From Hormiphora californensis (lineage: Eukaryota > Animalia > Ctenophora), in NCBI GenBank assembly GCA_020137815.1, contig CM035361.1, forward strand, positions 5,332,001 to 5,396,000: DNA of 64,000 bases, written 5' to 3'. The position numbers and the translations under genes were made by a program. Shown here piece by piece: positions 1-23,209 of this stretch. Position 1 is the first letter of the stretch, and each line of letters starts with the position of its first letter. A model generated the notes under the pieces. It did no database searches and was not told the origin of the DNA. It saw only the letters and a list, made by a program, of their open reading frames with translations.

Positions 1-393
1 ACCCTTGAAGGGTATTTTGTCTTGTTTAAAAGTAAGTCAGATTTAGTAGCCGATTTTATTTTGTACTACTATACTATCACCCGGTCCTATTACAAATTGT
101 CCAGTGTCCTAAAACAAGTTGTTAATCAAAATTCCAAGGTTGGTCCCCAAGCGACAAGCACCCCCTTTTGGGTTTTATATATCTGCTAGGGTTGCTTACT
201 CCGGCGTTTATACTCCGTTGTTTATACTCCGGCCTTGAACAGGTCACACCCGCTTTGGCAGTCTCCTGCCTGGCAGTTGAATAGGACAAACTGTTTGAAA
301 GTGGCTTTGGCTGTCCCCTGGCGGCGGTCTCGGCTTCTTCTAGACGTTCTAGTGAGACGGTCACGGATACTATAAATACACATACCAGACGCT

Positions 394-478
<85 letters not shown>

Positions 479-1001
479 CTGAGCTCCCCTTCTAAAAATA
501 ACCACCGCTTCCTTGCCTACCTCGCCACCAACTCTCCCTCAGACCTCCGTTTCTCCCACCCACAATTGGCCCTCCCCTCCCACGTGACTTTATCACGTGA
601 CAACCACATCCTGTCCTCTCATTGGCTATCACAGGTCACGTGACTGAAATACTCCCTTCCCATTGGCTATGTCTGCCCTGACTTCCTTCTCAGGCTAGAC
701 TGCCAAACACTGCGCCGTCTCGAGGAGGAGCACCTGTAGATGAGAGACGGGGTTGTTGTTGCTTGTGGTGTTACCGGCCCCCCGATGTTATACTTGTTAC
801 TGGGTCTCTTACTTGTTAGGTGTGGGTCATGTCTCTTACTTGTTCAATGTGGGTCATGTCTCTTACTTGTTCAATGTGGGTCATGTCTCTTACTTGTTCA
901 ATGTGGGTCATGTCTCTTACTTGTTAGATGTATGTCTGGTGTGTTTGAAACCATTAGACTAACAACACAGTCAAGTGAGAACCAGACTTGTTGGGACACA
1001 A

Positions 1002-1109
1002 CAGGAACCGACCGGACAAGTAAACAACCAATCAGAGCTCATTATTTAGGTCACGTGACTGGTTATCAGCCAATCAGAGACCAGTATTTCCTGATTCGGT
1101 CGGTTCCTG
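1002..1109. mobile_element. hAT-type MITE (~108 bp, TIR CAGGAACCGACCG)
   Basis: Family member with 13-bp TIRs; about 18 copies in the window, most with 8-bp TSDs. Confidence 0.88.
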
Positions 1110-1217
1110 GGACACAGCTTGTCTGGAAACTGTTACTGTTACTAGCTAGTCAGTGTCTGGACGTGGGTATCCGAGTTTCCCTAAATACTGGAGTTTCTGA
1201 AGGTTGTTACCTCCAGG

Positions 1218-1331
1218 CAGGAACTAAACCGACCGAATCAGGAAATACTGATCCCTGATTGGCTGATAACCAGTCACGTGACCTAAATAACGAGCTCTGA
1301 TTGGTTGGTTACTTGGTCCGGTCGGTTCCTG
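1218..1331. mobile_element. hAT-type MITE copy
   Basis: TSD CCTCCAGG/CCTCCGGG. Confidence 0.85.
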
Positions 1332-2226
1332 CCTCCGGGCTCCGGTGCTTTCGACAAGTTTACGAGTTGTTCTCGTTACGTATGAAAGGAATATAAAGTA
1401 GGAAAGTCTAGTCTGAGAAAGATTCAACTTTTGCTACCAATTGAACCGTTGTTCCACCTTTCTGCAAGAACCAGTGACCCCTGATCAGTATCGGTAATAT
1501 ATCTGTATAGGCCTTGTTATGTTCTAACCCTCTACTCCTTTACATTTGGGGCACGGGGAAACAGGGTCGAGCAGGCAATATATAGACCCGGAAGCGGGGC
1601 AGTGGTGGTTCAGTAGTAGTCACGTTGTTACCCCTCTCACCATGTGTGATTGTTGTTTTAACACATTCCTCGGTCAGCCAGTAGGCCACAACACCACCCC
1701 CACCCCCCGCCACAACTAGGAAAATGCACCCCTCCCCTGGCCAAGCTCTGGGTTCATGGTTTGTCATGGCCTTGTTATTGTACTAACTTTATCCTAACAT
1801 AACTCTTCTGAAAGACAAAATCATGTGATCTTATAGAAAGGTTAGATCGATCTTGAAGACACATGCTAATAACTGTTCTTGTTGTAAGGTACGTGGCTTT
1901 GAAAAGAAAATTGAGAGTTTTATCATTTTTTAAGCATGTTGCCTTGTTAGTTTTTCTTGGAAATTGAGAACAATTGAGAACTTTTAGAGCATGTAACTGC
2001 CAACACCGAAATTATCAATTTTTATTTATCTGCTTTAGAAGTTGTTAATTTGCAATTTAAACAAGTTAGTTCAGTTGTTAATTTGATTTGTTATGTTATA
2101 ACCCTCCGGCGCCCGAAACACAGTCTAGCCAGGAAAAATTTGATGTAGTTTCAACGAAAGTTTGTTTTTTGTCCACCCCTTCTCGTATTTAGCTTGTCAT
2201 CTCTTTTTATAGCATCTGACGTTATA

Positions 2227-2398
2227 CAGTCGGACCCCGATTTAGGGACCCCCGATTTAGTGGCACCCCGATTTAGGGACAGGATTTTTTTCCCCCGATA
2301 TAGGAATTTAACCTTATTTGACCCCGATTTAGTGGACACCCCGATTTAGTGGACAAGAGCCTTTCCCCCGAGGGTGTCCCTAAATCGGGGTCCGACTG
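2227..2398. mobile_element. Tc1/mariner-pogo-type MITE (TIR CAGTCGGACCCCGATTTA, TA TSD)
   Basis: TA|CAGTCGGACCCCG...CGGGGTCCGACTG|TA with internal ACCCCGATTTA subrepeats. Confidence 0.85.
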
Positions 2399-4508
2399 TA
2401 TTATAGTTCAACCCCTTTTCTTTAACAGATTACTCATAGTTTTATAATCACGCTATTCGGGAAATTATGAAATGCATTTTAGTTCCAAAAATCTCAAGTT
2501 GCATAACTTAAACTGCCGGTTAAGCCTGGTTAAACTGTTTAACTTTCTCTCACCGTGAATTTAACCAACTGGTCACGAATATAATAACTAACATTTATGA
2601 TTTGATTTATATATCACGTTTTGTTGCATTTTTCTCGACGTATGTTTCTGCTAAATTATTCAAAACATTCAACAATTTTTTTGGTATTTCCCATAGTTTA
2701 GCTTATTCAGACCCCCCACGAAGTTGCTCTAGGAACTCCCACCGTCAGTCCTTCCCCGTCTAAATATAGCCCAACTAGGGGGTAGTTAAGTTGACGGGCG
2801 TGGAGATGTCGGACTATATTCAGGGGAGGGGGTAGTCGTCCGAGTATGCCATTTTGCTGTTGTATCTCTTTAGAGTGAGTTATTGCAAATTCCAATGAAA
2901 TATTTTTTGAAATATTTTTGATTTAGGTTATCATAATCTGGTTAGGATACTCTTCTAAAACCCGAGAAAGTTCCCTCTCAACCTGATGTAACGCGCGGGC
3001 TCTCATAACACGTTAAACTTATCCCCGCGTTGTAAATTGAGCGCGATGCGCGTCTCACTCAACGTGTTTTGGTAGCTATTCTCGGCTGTTGAGAGCGGGA
3101 GAATAGAGGTCTGATCTGATCTCATCCGATGGTGTGATGGGTGAGGTCATCATCACCAGGAGAATCAGGCCACTGTCAGTTGAGTGGGAATATATCATGT
3201 AATTAGGAAGTAGGGTGGTATCATGGAGTAGAGTTTCTCATTTGTATGTTACACACACTTTTCTAGATAGGATATTCTTTCACTCACCCCACGCCCATTC
3301 TCTCTCTCACACAGGGCCTCAAGTTTCTGATTCCGTCTTCCACCCCGTTACACGTGATCATTCTCTCTCCACCAATCACAGAGCTCCCTCATAATCAAGT
3401 GATAACTACCATCCAATGAGGGCGAGCCACGTGACCTTCTCACTGACGAATTGGAGGGGGTAGTGTTGGTTGTCACTTGAAGAGGGGGGTAATTAGATCG
3501 TACAACATCCACTCACAATGCTGGGATTAGATCACGTGGTTTGCAAACCAACCAATCAGAGGACAGTGTTGAGGTCAGGTGATTAGGGTTTCCCGCCTCT
3601 GAAGCTTATTTTAGAATTACTCTCCCTTTTTCACTCTCTCTCCCTCCCTCTCTTTGTTTCTCTCACATGCTTTGTTCTTAGAGTTTTTACTCTCTCACCC
3701 TCTCTCCCAACTTCATCTATGCATTGTTTCTCTCTCCCTCCCTCCCTCTCTCTCTCTCCCTCTCTCTCTCACTCCCTCCCTCTCCTCGTCATAGTGTGTA
3801 CTCTTACTAATTATTCCACACACTCAACAGTGTTCTCTCTCTCAGACATCTATTTTTAGACTCAGCATATTACCCCCTTCTTCTTCTTCTCTCGAGTATT
3901 GCATCATTTTGACACCCCACCAGTTAAAATATATACATAATATAGTCACTCTATTAGAGTGCTCACTATTAGAGTGCTAGTCTACTAATCTATTGGGTTT
4001 CCTATGGACCGAGAGGCCTCCAATTTAATTTGTCACTTGAAATGGCTGTAGATTGTCAAAATGAAACCCGTTATTAAAGTCACGTGGCTCAATTCTCTGT
4101 TAATTTGGTCCACTTTTAATGATATAGAACCATCATTTATTCGCGTGCCTCTAGCTCTCAGTAGTATAGGTGGCGTACGTCATTTTGTGATTCGAAACTG
4201 TCCACTTTTGGTTTACTCTAGTTTGATCTCTGGCATACATATTTAGCCCTTACATCATGTCTCGCTGAATGAGCTCTTATCATTCCAGTGTTATATAATA
4301 GGGCAAATATGCGAGCCTTTTACCCTGTTTGACAGTTTTAAAATAGTTTTATATAAGAAACTACGTTATTTGGTAATGAAATTACCCCTCATCGCGAGCT
4401 AATAGGGGTGACCAACCACATTATCTTGCTCGTGATGTTCTAACCACTTCACCATGTTCTAACCACTTCACCATCTTCTAACCACTTCACCATGTTCCTA
4501 GCTGTAGC

Positions 4509-5551
4509 ATGACTGCAACTGAAGAGCTGAGCTTTCAAGCGTTCCAGTTTCCCGGCCGATTTGAGTGCCACCGACAACAGGTATAACAGGACCATGACAG
4601 AAACATAGATAACCATGGCATAAACACAGATAACCATGACAGAAACACACAGAACTATGACAGAAACATATAACCGTAACAGAAACACAGAACCACGACA
4701 GGAAGTAGAAAAACACAGATCTGTAACCATGACAGAAACACATTTAACTACCATTTTCTAATTCAACGAATACAATCGATCAGATATATATCCCCGATAG
4801 ATACATATCCCGTTTCCCGTCCTAATATTAACTTCTCTCCAGGAAAGTGGCCATGTCCGCCGATCTACCCTGCTGAAACTTTCCGAGCACATCCGTGCGA
4901 AGAAAAACATCCGGTTTTCCTCTACCACCTCCCCCGGATCTTCCTCTTCTTCTTCATCTTCCTCCATGTCCTCAATTACAGGGGACAAGAACAAGAGGCA
5001 GACACCGTACCCGTTTCCTAATAAAGTCTCCCGGCCACAGGTAAATATATATATGAGTTGAATCTTGACAAAACTGTGTGTTGCTAGGCCCTGTTTCACC
5101 CTCTTTCGCCGTGCCCTGTAAAGAAATCTTGGAAAATAACAAACCACAAACCACAGTGATACTTGTTTCTGGCTCTCTATCTCACACTTTGCCCTACACT
5201 GTTCCCCTCTGTGCTTGCCATGAGAAGTCCAAACGTGTAAATGTTATTGTAATGTGGAACGGGCGATTAAACTGTCTGCTTGATGTATAATTGTACTGCC
5301 TCACTGCCCCCTTTTAACTTCTTCCCACCAACCTGCTCCATCTAGCTCTCTATCTCTCCCCCATATATATATATATCCCTCTCCCTCCTAACACTCTCTC
5401 CCCTCTCCAGGGACCATCACAAAATGCTGACGGCCAGAGAATCTATTACGTCAGTGGTTTAGAGCTGCTAGCGTGGGTCAGCGGGACTCTCCAACCTCTG
5501 GACGTACCATACCAAACTAACAAGAGCGCCCGACGAAAGTATATCCTGTGA
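4509..5551 (+). CDS. Putative 3-exon orphan protein (~136 aa), Ser-rich middle
   Basis: Exons 4509-4580, 4843-5040 and 5411-5551 have canonical polypyrimidine-AG/GT borders, are all phase 0 and splice to one ORF: MTATEELSFQAFQFPGRFECHRQQ|ESGHVRRSTLLKLSEH...KVSRPQ|GPSQNADGQRIYYVSGLELLAWVSG...RRKYIL*. No family recognised. Confidence 0.55.
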
Positions 5552-6255
5552 GAACTGATAAAAGACTGAGATATCTGATGTGTACGTGTGTGTATGAACT
5601 CGGGGATATATTTGGTGGTGTTTTGAAGCAGTGCTTTAAATTGGAACCAACATGATCGCGGCGGGCCGTGGAATAAACACTTCGTGTCATGTGTTGTGTG
5701 AGTGTCACGTGCTGCCCATATATGGTGTTGTGTGAGTGTCACGTGCTGCCCATATATGGTATTGTTTGGCAACGAAGAATAAAGTTTCGACGTGATCTCA
5801 ATAAGTGTTTTTGTGTAGTGTTGTCCCGACATTTTTTTCGACTTTCCCTCCCCCTTTTTTCTCGACTTATATCCCCATTACAAACATGCTGGATAAAGTT
5901 GTTGATCTTGGATGAAAATCGGGTCGAGGTTAAATTTAAATTATTATTTTCTAGCTATTTAGTAACGAGACATAGTAAAATGTTTGATACACGTGTGTGT
6001 GTGTGTGTGTGTGTGTGAGTGTGTAGAAAAGAGTGTGCAACTTGTTCTTTGACCATATTAGGATATTTAGGTGAACGGAGCTCATTCTACATTTCGGGCT
6101 ATTGTTGTGACGTCATCAATTCGCTATATGACGTCATCAGGTTTAGGTTCTTTAACGGGCGGGTCCCTACTAAGTTTGATAATAGGTTTTTCCATATATT
6201 TAGGTTCCTTTTCTAGGTAGGAGGGAGATGTAGAGAGCTGTGCTTAATACCTTTC

Positions 6256-6348
<93 letters not shown>

Positions 6349-6439
6349 AAGAGAAAGCAGGTCTTTGTCAGTTTGCCAAGATTATATGATTCACGATGTT
6401 TTGTGAGAAAATGCAAATGATAAACGAGTTGCTTGATAT

Positions 6440-6540
6440 CAGGAACCGACCGAATCAGGAAATACTGGTCCCTGATTGGCTGATAACCAGTCACGTGACC
6501 TAAATAACGAGTTCTGATTACTTGTTTCGGTCGGTTTCTG
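6440..6540. mobile_element. hAT-type MITE copy
   Basis: TSD CTTGATAT. Confidence 0.88.
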
Positions 6541-6684
6541 CTTGATATATATCCCTAATTGGGTTTGGAACTCTCTCGCCTCTTTACGTTAGGGAGGGCG
6601 GGCCCTGAAGCCATGATTCTCATGGCAGAGAAATCCAATAACTTATATCGTTTAAATATTTTACCTGACCTTATAACCTTAAAT

Positions 6685-6793
6685 CAGGAACCGGCCGAAT
6701 CAGGGAATATTGGTCCCTGGTTGGCTGATAACCAGTCACGTGACCTAAATAACGAGTTCTGATTGGTTGTTTACTTGTTTCGGTCGGTTCCTG
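6685..6793. mobile_element. hAT-type MITE copy
   Basis: Flanked by a 16-bp direct repeat CCTTATAACCTTAAAT. Confidence 0.88.
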
Positions 6794-7262
6794 CCTTATA
6801 ACCTTAAATATTAATCTTAACAACACTGAGAGAGCCTACACTATTAGGCGAACCTAGTTAACTTGTCAACATGCCCAGTAAGGCGTGTCGTGAATTCCCT
6901 TAAACTTTTATCTGATCAATGGACCAGTTATAATCTGTGTTATTGCAGTCGGACCCCGATTTACTGGAGTTTGTGTAGACAGCATGACACTGAACTGGAT
7001 AGTTCACCTTTCTCTGTTTTTACCAGCTACTTATAGACCCCACTTTGGTTTGGAGATCTATCAAGGGCTAGTGAAAACAGTGATATATCCATTATATATA
7101 TGCTGTGCCAACCTTGAGGGGCTGGTTTCACCGTCCGCGGCATCATGATGATTGGAGTGGGGGCCACTGGGTGACCTCCAGACTGGTCTCGCGTGTGTTA
7201 GGGTGGGTTCAGGCATTCAGGAAAACGACGTTGATTCAGGTGTTCAAATCAAATGCTAATAA

Positions 7263-7299
7263 AACAAACGTTTCGACACAACGTGTCCTCATCAGTGTT
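7263..7299 (-). ncRNA. Mirror copy of the hammerhead ribozyme motif
   Basis: Exact reverse complement of 7315-7351 in the left arm of the palindrome. Confidence 0.65.
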
Positions 7300-7314
7300 A
7301 AGCTCATCAGTGTT

Positions 7315-7351
7315 AACACTGATGAGGACACGTTGTGTCGAAACGTTTGTT
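7315..7351 (+). ncRNA. Minimal type I hammerhead ribozyme motif (Penelope-like)
   Basis: AACA-CUGAUGA-G-GACAC(GUU)GUGUC-GAAA-CGUU-UGUU: conserved core, 5-bp stem II, palindromic minimal stem III (ACGU), stem I AACA/UGUU. Confidence 0.65.
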
Positions 7352-8220
7352 TTATTAGCATTTGATTTGAACACCTGAATCAACGTCGTTTTCCTGAATG
7401 CCTGAACCCACCCTAACACACGCGAGACCAGTCTGGAGGTCACCCAGTGGCCCCCACTCCAATCATTATATATATGGTTAAAACTTTCAATGCCATATAT
7501 GGTTAGAGCCATATTAGGTAACGGTCCCCCTGTATTAACAACGTGTATTCTTGCACATGTGTCTGTGTGTATTATTTGTAGAACCAAGTGTCGCCCCTTT
7601 TTGAATCTTTTTAACATCTCAAAATATCCGTGTTTTATATTTGTCCTAAAGATGTTTGGATGGGTGTCTCGAACCGCTTTTACACAATTCCCGATCTTTG
7701 GTGTGTATATTGGTTACATTGCAACCTATGTGAGATCGATCTCGGTCGCTGCGTGACCTCGATCCCACTCAGGTATCAATGTGACCAAGTGTGGATAATG
7801 GGCCGTGGAATTTAGAAAAGACGACAAGCCCAATCGATCTCAGTTTCGGATTTTGAGCATAGAATCAGGGAGATCAGATCAGTTCATCGAATAAAAGTGA
7901 TATGAGGTCCGATTCGAGACAAAACCATCCAAACATCTTTTTACAAAAAACATGACTGCAGATGTTACGGATTATGGAACGAAAAAGTTCACAAATTTAC
8001 ATTTTCACATTACTATTCACAATTTTACACTTGCTGTCACTCAATGACGTAATCCTTGTCAAGATCTGAACACAAAACAATTTACACTATGTACAATCTT
8101 GGATCAAAATTATCCACGGTAGATCACGAAATTATGTCTTTTTTCAACCTCTCTCGCTGCTGCCCCACCACAGGTATAACTATACAATTGTCTCTCTAAA
8201 ATCTGATATCTCACCACAAT

Positions 8221-8329
8221 CAGGAACCGACCGAATCAGGAAATACTGGCCCCTGATTGGCTGATAACCAGTCACGTGAGCTAAATAACGAGCTCTGATT
8301 GGTTGTTTACTTGGTCCGGTCGGTTCCTG
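8221..8329. mobile_element. hAT-type MITE copy in KIF3B 3' UTR
   Basis: TSD ACCACAAT/ACTACAAT. Confidence 0.88.
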
Positions 8330-8346
8330 ACTACAATAATATCACA

Positions 8347-18775
<10,429 letters not shown>

Positions 18776-19033
18776 GGCTAGGATGGGAGCGAGAGGGAGA
18801 GAAGGGAATAGGGAATTGTTTAGTGAGACATCAAAGGGAGCAAAATTGAAGGTCAGGGGTCAAACTGTTCCATTAGTCAACAGAGAGGGGTATAATGGGA
18901 ATTGGGGAGGTGGAACTTTTTAACACGGTTTTGGTTTTTAAAGTGGTGAATGATCTACACAAAACAATCCAGATATAGAAAAAAAGAAAAACAAATATAT
19001 ATCCACAGGTTGTAAAAAAGAGATTCACTGCAG

Positions 19034-19125
19034 CAGGAACCGACCAATCAGAACTCGTTATTTAGGTCACGTGACTGGTTATCAGCCAATCAGGGACCAG
19101 TATTTCCTGATTCGGTCGGTTCCTG
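19034..19125. mobile_element. Internally deleted hAT-type MITE in PFDN2 3' UTR
   Basis: Flanked by a 15-bp direct repeat AGAGATTCACTGCAG. Confidence 0.85.
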
Positions 19126-19143
19126 AGAGATTCACTGCAGGGT

Positions 19144-20274
19144 TCAGTTCACCAGGACACCACTTGAGGCGGGTTTGGCAGCGCCGTCTTTCTTCTCCTT
19201 CTCTGGGGCGTCTTCTCCCTTCACCTAAAAAACCGGGGTATTTAACCTAACACCTTTTGATTCAGAGAATGGAGTGGCCAAGCATCGCGATAATGGGGAC
19301 CGGATTTACCAGCACCCTGATTTAACCCTTACCCCCGAGCATTCAGCATCGCGATAATGGGTTGGTTACGAAGTATTACCCCTCTGTGGGCCATAACAGA
19401 CGGGTAGCCCTTCAATGAAGTACAAACCTTGATTCCATGTTTCTCCTTATAATCCATGAGTTCCTTAGATTTCACTTCCAAACTCTTCTCCAGACTGTTG
19501 ATAAGGGAGGTAATTTTGGAGTTGTTGTTTTGGAGGTTCGGCTTAACCTGTTGAACTGTCCTCTCTACCAAAACTCCACCCACGAGCTGGTAACATCTGG
19601 AGAGAAAGAGAGAGTTGGAAGGAGAAGTGGAATCGGAAACAATTGGGAAAACTTTAGCGGGAAGATATATGTAGTTGCACAAAGCTTGTCTTGGTTAACA
19701 ATTTCCAAATGTTGCAAAAGATAATTTGGGTGACAAGTCCCATGTTCACAGTAAACAGTTGTAGTACATGTTAATATAGTGAACAGAACTTACTTTCTGG
19801 AAGGATCTTTAACTTCATTCAAAGCATCAAGGACCAATTTGTGCTCCGATTCATCAACTTTTAGCTCGCTGACTTTCTGGGCGATCATTCGCTGCTCCTG
19901 CATGAATTATAGCGGATTATGTTTGCAGCAGAAAGAAACAGTTGTTTTGGAAATATAAATCCGCTGCCCATCCGAGGCCTGTATACGGGAACTAAATACA
20001 AACCAAAAGACGGGTGAAATGCCTGGCTAACCGATCATTTTTTATAGGTTTCTAACAGGAACCGACCGAATCAGGAAATACTGGTCCCTGATTGGCTGAT
20101 AACCAGTCACGTGAACTAAATAATGAGTTCTGATTGGTTGTTTACTTGTTTCGGTCGGTTCCTGGTTTCTAAGTGTCATTGTCTGAAAAGAAGAAACAAA
20201 CTAACCTGTCGGAGTTTGTTGAATTGTTGAAGGATTACTTCCTGAGCTTTCTTTTTCTGCATATCAGCCGACAT
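19144..20274 (-). CDS. PFDN2: Prefoldin subunit 2 (4 exons)
   Basis: Exons give MSADMQKKKAQEVILQQFNKLRQ|EQRMIAQKVSELKVDESEHKLVLDALNEVKDPSRK|CYQLVGGVLVERTV...YKEKHGIK|VKGEDAPEKEKKDGAAKPASSGVLVN*. RKCYxLVGGVLVERTV and the terminal GVLV are PFDN2 hallmarks. Confidence 0.93.
20056..20164. mobile_element. hAT-type MITE copy
   Basis: TSD GTTTCTAA. Confidence 0.9.
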
Positions 20275-20619
20275 AGCTATTCTACTGTGCAATTAGATTA
20301 GTGTTACTTTGATAGATGAACGTACATTAAATGTTTATATCAATGTGGTAGTAGACCAAGAGATTTAATAGTTTGTATCTGGTTAGATTTCCAATAGCTT
20401 TAGAGAGTTCTGAAAAGTCCCAGCAGCGTTATCAAATGCCGCCGTTGAGCGAGACATTACTAGCTAGAAAATAGGGGTCATAATTAGGAATCAAAATTAA
20501 ATTTTATTCAGGGAAAACGAGAAAATCTAACAGTGATATTAAAGGTTTAGAACGTATGTAAAATGTTACGGTTAAATTCCACACAACAACGATTAAAATA
20601 CAATATCATACAATCCAGG

Positions 20620-21397
20620 CTAACTCTTTGTCACCATATGACGCATCAACATACTGTTCAATTTTTCTAATTTTTTGGCATCCTGTCCCTGATCAGACAT
20701 GAACTTGATGACGAGGGCGTTGTTGGTCACCTTTAACACCTGAAATGATAGAAAATATTGAAAAGGGGGGACTTTTAAAGGTTGACAAGATACCTAAAAC
20801 TTTTCGTATATCGTCTTATTTTGATTTATCATTAATTTTCAGCATTTTTTCAGAATTTTTTGTCGGCTAGAAATATGTGCAAAATAGGGGGTCTACTGAC
20901 AAATGAGTGTGCCTTTTTTAAAATTGATAACGTAATATCTCCGGTTCCTGATGAGATACAGAAACCGTTTTGGTAGCGTTGGAAAGGTCTTATTGAGACC
21001 AATCCAACGCAACCAAGATCAAGTCTTTATCTTTTGAGGAACCGGAAACGTGAATTTCAATTTGCGAGACGCAGTGAGTGTGCCCAGTAAAACCAGTGCT
21101 GACAATATCGGTAGACCCCCTATTTCGAATTTTTTTCTAGCCGACAAAAAATTCTGAAAAAATGCTGAAAATTAATGATAAATCAAAATAAGACGATATA
21201 CGAAAAGTTTTAGGTATCTTGTCAACCTTTAAGGTTTAAACAGTACATCAGGATTAAATGAAGTTGAGAAAACCCACCATTTTCCCATCGCAGTGTCGAT
21301 ATTTCATTGTATATTTGAATGCTGATGGTTCATCAAGGTATAACTGCTCCGAGGCAGCGTAAAAATCTTCCCAGTTATCAAAATAAGACTTTCGCAT
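20620..21397 (-). CDS. SRP9: Signal recognition particle 9 kDa protein (2 exons)
   Basis: MRKSYFDNWEDFYAASEQLYLDEPSAFKYTMKYRHCDGKM|VLKVTNNALVIKFMSDQGQDAKKLEKLNSMLMRHMVTKS*; matches the SRP9 pattern WEEF..AAE.LY...KYRH.DG.L..KVTD...Q.QD.KK.EK...LMR.M. Absent from the ORF track. Confidence 0.92.
20779..21228. mobile_element. Kolobok-like MITE (TTAA TSD, AGG...CCT termini, ~115-bp TIRs) filling the SRP9 intron
   Basis: TTAA|AGGTTGACAAGATACC...GGTATCTTGTCAACCT|TTAA. Confidence 0.8.
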
Positions 21398-23209
21398 GGT
21401 TGTGAGTGGCTGATGAGAGCAGAGAAAGTAGCAAAAATTTTGGCTCGGATCTCAAAAATTTACCGACAGCGACCGGGAGGAAAACGTTAAAATCTGGGTG
21501 CCTTTCATTGCTAACAATTCGTAGTTTTGGCGCGCGCGACGGGTTAGGGCTATCCGTTAGGGTCTGGTTAGGGTTTGGTTTGGGGTTATCGGTTAGGGCT
21601 ATCGATTCTCTAACTGATACCGTTTAGTTTACTCAAATCGGCCATGTGGTTCCATGGCTATAGCCGTTTGAAAAAAGTCGGTCTAAGTATACTCTTTTGG
21701 TAGCGCGCACCTGTAAACAGGCTGCAAGGCATCCAGATTAAACTCCATTTTTTTTCAACTGTTCACCCCCCAAAGTCGTGCGCGGAAGTGTTTTGCGCGT
21801 TTATCACATGTTAACGTGTAGCGCGCACAGCGTAAATTGAAATATCGCACGCGCACGAGTTGAGGGGTGAACAGTTGAATAAAAATGGACTTTATACTCC
21901 ATTTTTTTTCAACTGTTCACCCCCCAAAGTCGTGCGCGGAATTGTTTTGCGCGTTTATCATATGTTAACGTGTAGCGCGCGCCACAAAAGTTTTAAATTT
22001 CAGTTTTTGGGTGAACAGTTGAAAAAAAATGGACTTTTTGGAATGCGCTGCAGCCCCCTCATGCGCGCACCCCCGCAACGAGGGGACTGGAGGGAATGCC
22101 GCGCGCGCGTTTGGCCTGATCCCGGCTGGGTCGAAGATAACTTTGCGGTCGAAAAAACGGCGGTGCTTATAACTTTGGCTCCTGAAGTCCGTTTGACTTG
22201 ATTCTTTCACCAGTTGTTAGATCTGACGATTATCTACCTTGCTGTTTTTGAAAGAAGTTAATTGGACTTAAGGAGGCTGAGCAATAGCCGTTGAAAGATG
22301 GGTTGTTTTCAAAAAGTGACGTCACAGATTCTTGCAGGGACACCTTTTTTAAAATTTCATTCAAATTTTGATTTTACCGCACTCGATTTTGCGGAGTTTG
22401 GTTCATATCTCCTGTTCCTGATAAGATAGAGACCTGAAACCGGTTGCATTTGAAAGCTGTTATCTTCCTCTTTCCAACGCTACCAAAACGATTTCTGTAC
22501 CTTATCTGGAACCGGAGATATGATTGATTATGTATTCCCCCCTAGCGCGGTATTCCCTCCAGGCCCCTTATATTATATTATAAGGGGCCTGCAACGTATG
22601 CCAAATGGACTTTATAACCGCGCCCCGACGGGCGCGATTATAATCTGGGTGCCTTGCAGCCTGTTTACAGGTGCGCGCTACCAAAAGAGTATACTTAGAC
22701 CGACTTTTTTCTAACGGCTATAGCCATGGAACCACATGGCCGATTTGAGTAAACTAATACAAATACAAATACAAATATACATTTATTGTCCGCTTTTCAT
22801 TGTTCATATTTTAAAGAACAACACGAGTTCTGTTAGGTCTTGACTACTTGCATCACTTGGTGCGGACTTCGTCTCACTAACTCTCGTTTCAAAAGCGGTT
22901 AGTTATATACCAAGGATTTCCAGATGTTATTTCAAGATGATATTTTTCTGAAGGTAGGTCTTGTTAGTTAAACGATATTTAAATCGGATGATGAAATATA
23001 TAATACTGTCTCTGCTTACTGCAGATTGATAAGATATGCTCTTGGATCTAGGGATCCAGAAATAAATACTTTAGCACCAGGGCTTTAGCCCTTAAACAAT
23101 CGATACTGTCTTATACAACCTGGGTGAGGACTGATGATCCGACTACTTCACCTGTAGGAGAACCAAGGAGCGGGAGAGAAGTCATACTCGTTGTAGCCTG
23201 CATCTCACC

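Larger units (their letters stand above)
7148..7466. repeat. Perfect palindrome, ~154-bp arms with an 11-bp spacer (inverted pLTR-like relic)
   Basis: 7148-7301 is the reverse complement of 7313-7466; the spacer repeats CTCATCAGTG. Confidence 0.92.

Noticed and set aside
122-740. Possible terminal exons (minus 122-370; plus ~694-739)
   Set aside because: Plausible acceptors, but no recognisable homology or partner exons within the window.
740-1427. ORFs containing QPIRTRYLGHVTGYQPIRDQYFLIRSVP
   Set aside because: Translation of the MITE plus a 27-bp tandem repeat.
1515-1766. Possible solo LTR (TG...CA), weakly similar to ~39124-39300
   Set aside because: TSD is off by one base and the similarity is too patchy to call.
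20944-20970. CTGATGA...GAAA hammerhead-like cores here and at 21410-21430
   Set aside because: No stem II can form; the second is the SRP9 acceptor region read antisense.
21541-21600. Interstitial telomere
   Set aside because: Only scattered TTAGGG units inside a repeat arm; not a tandem telomeric array.
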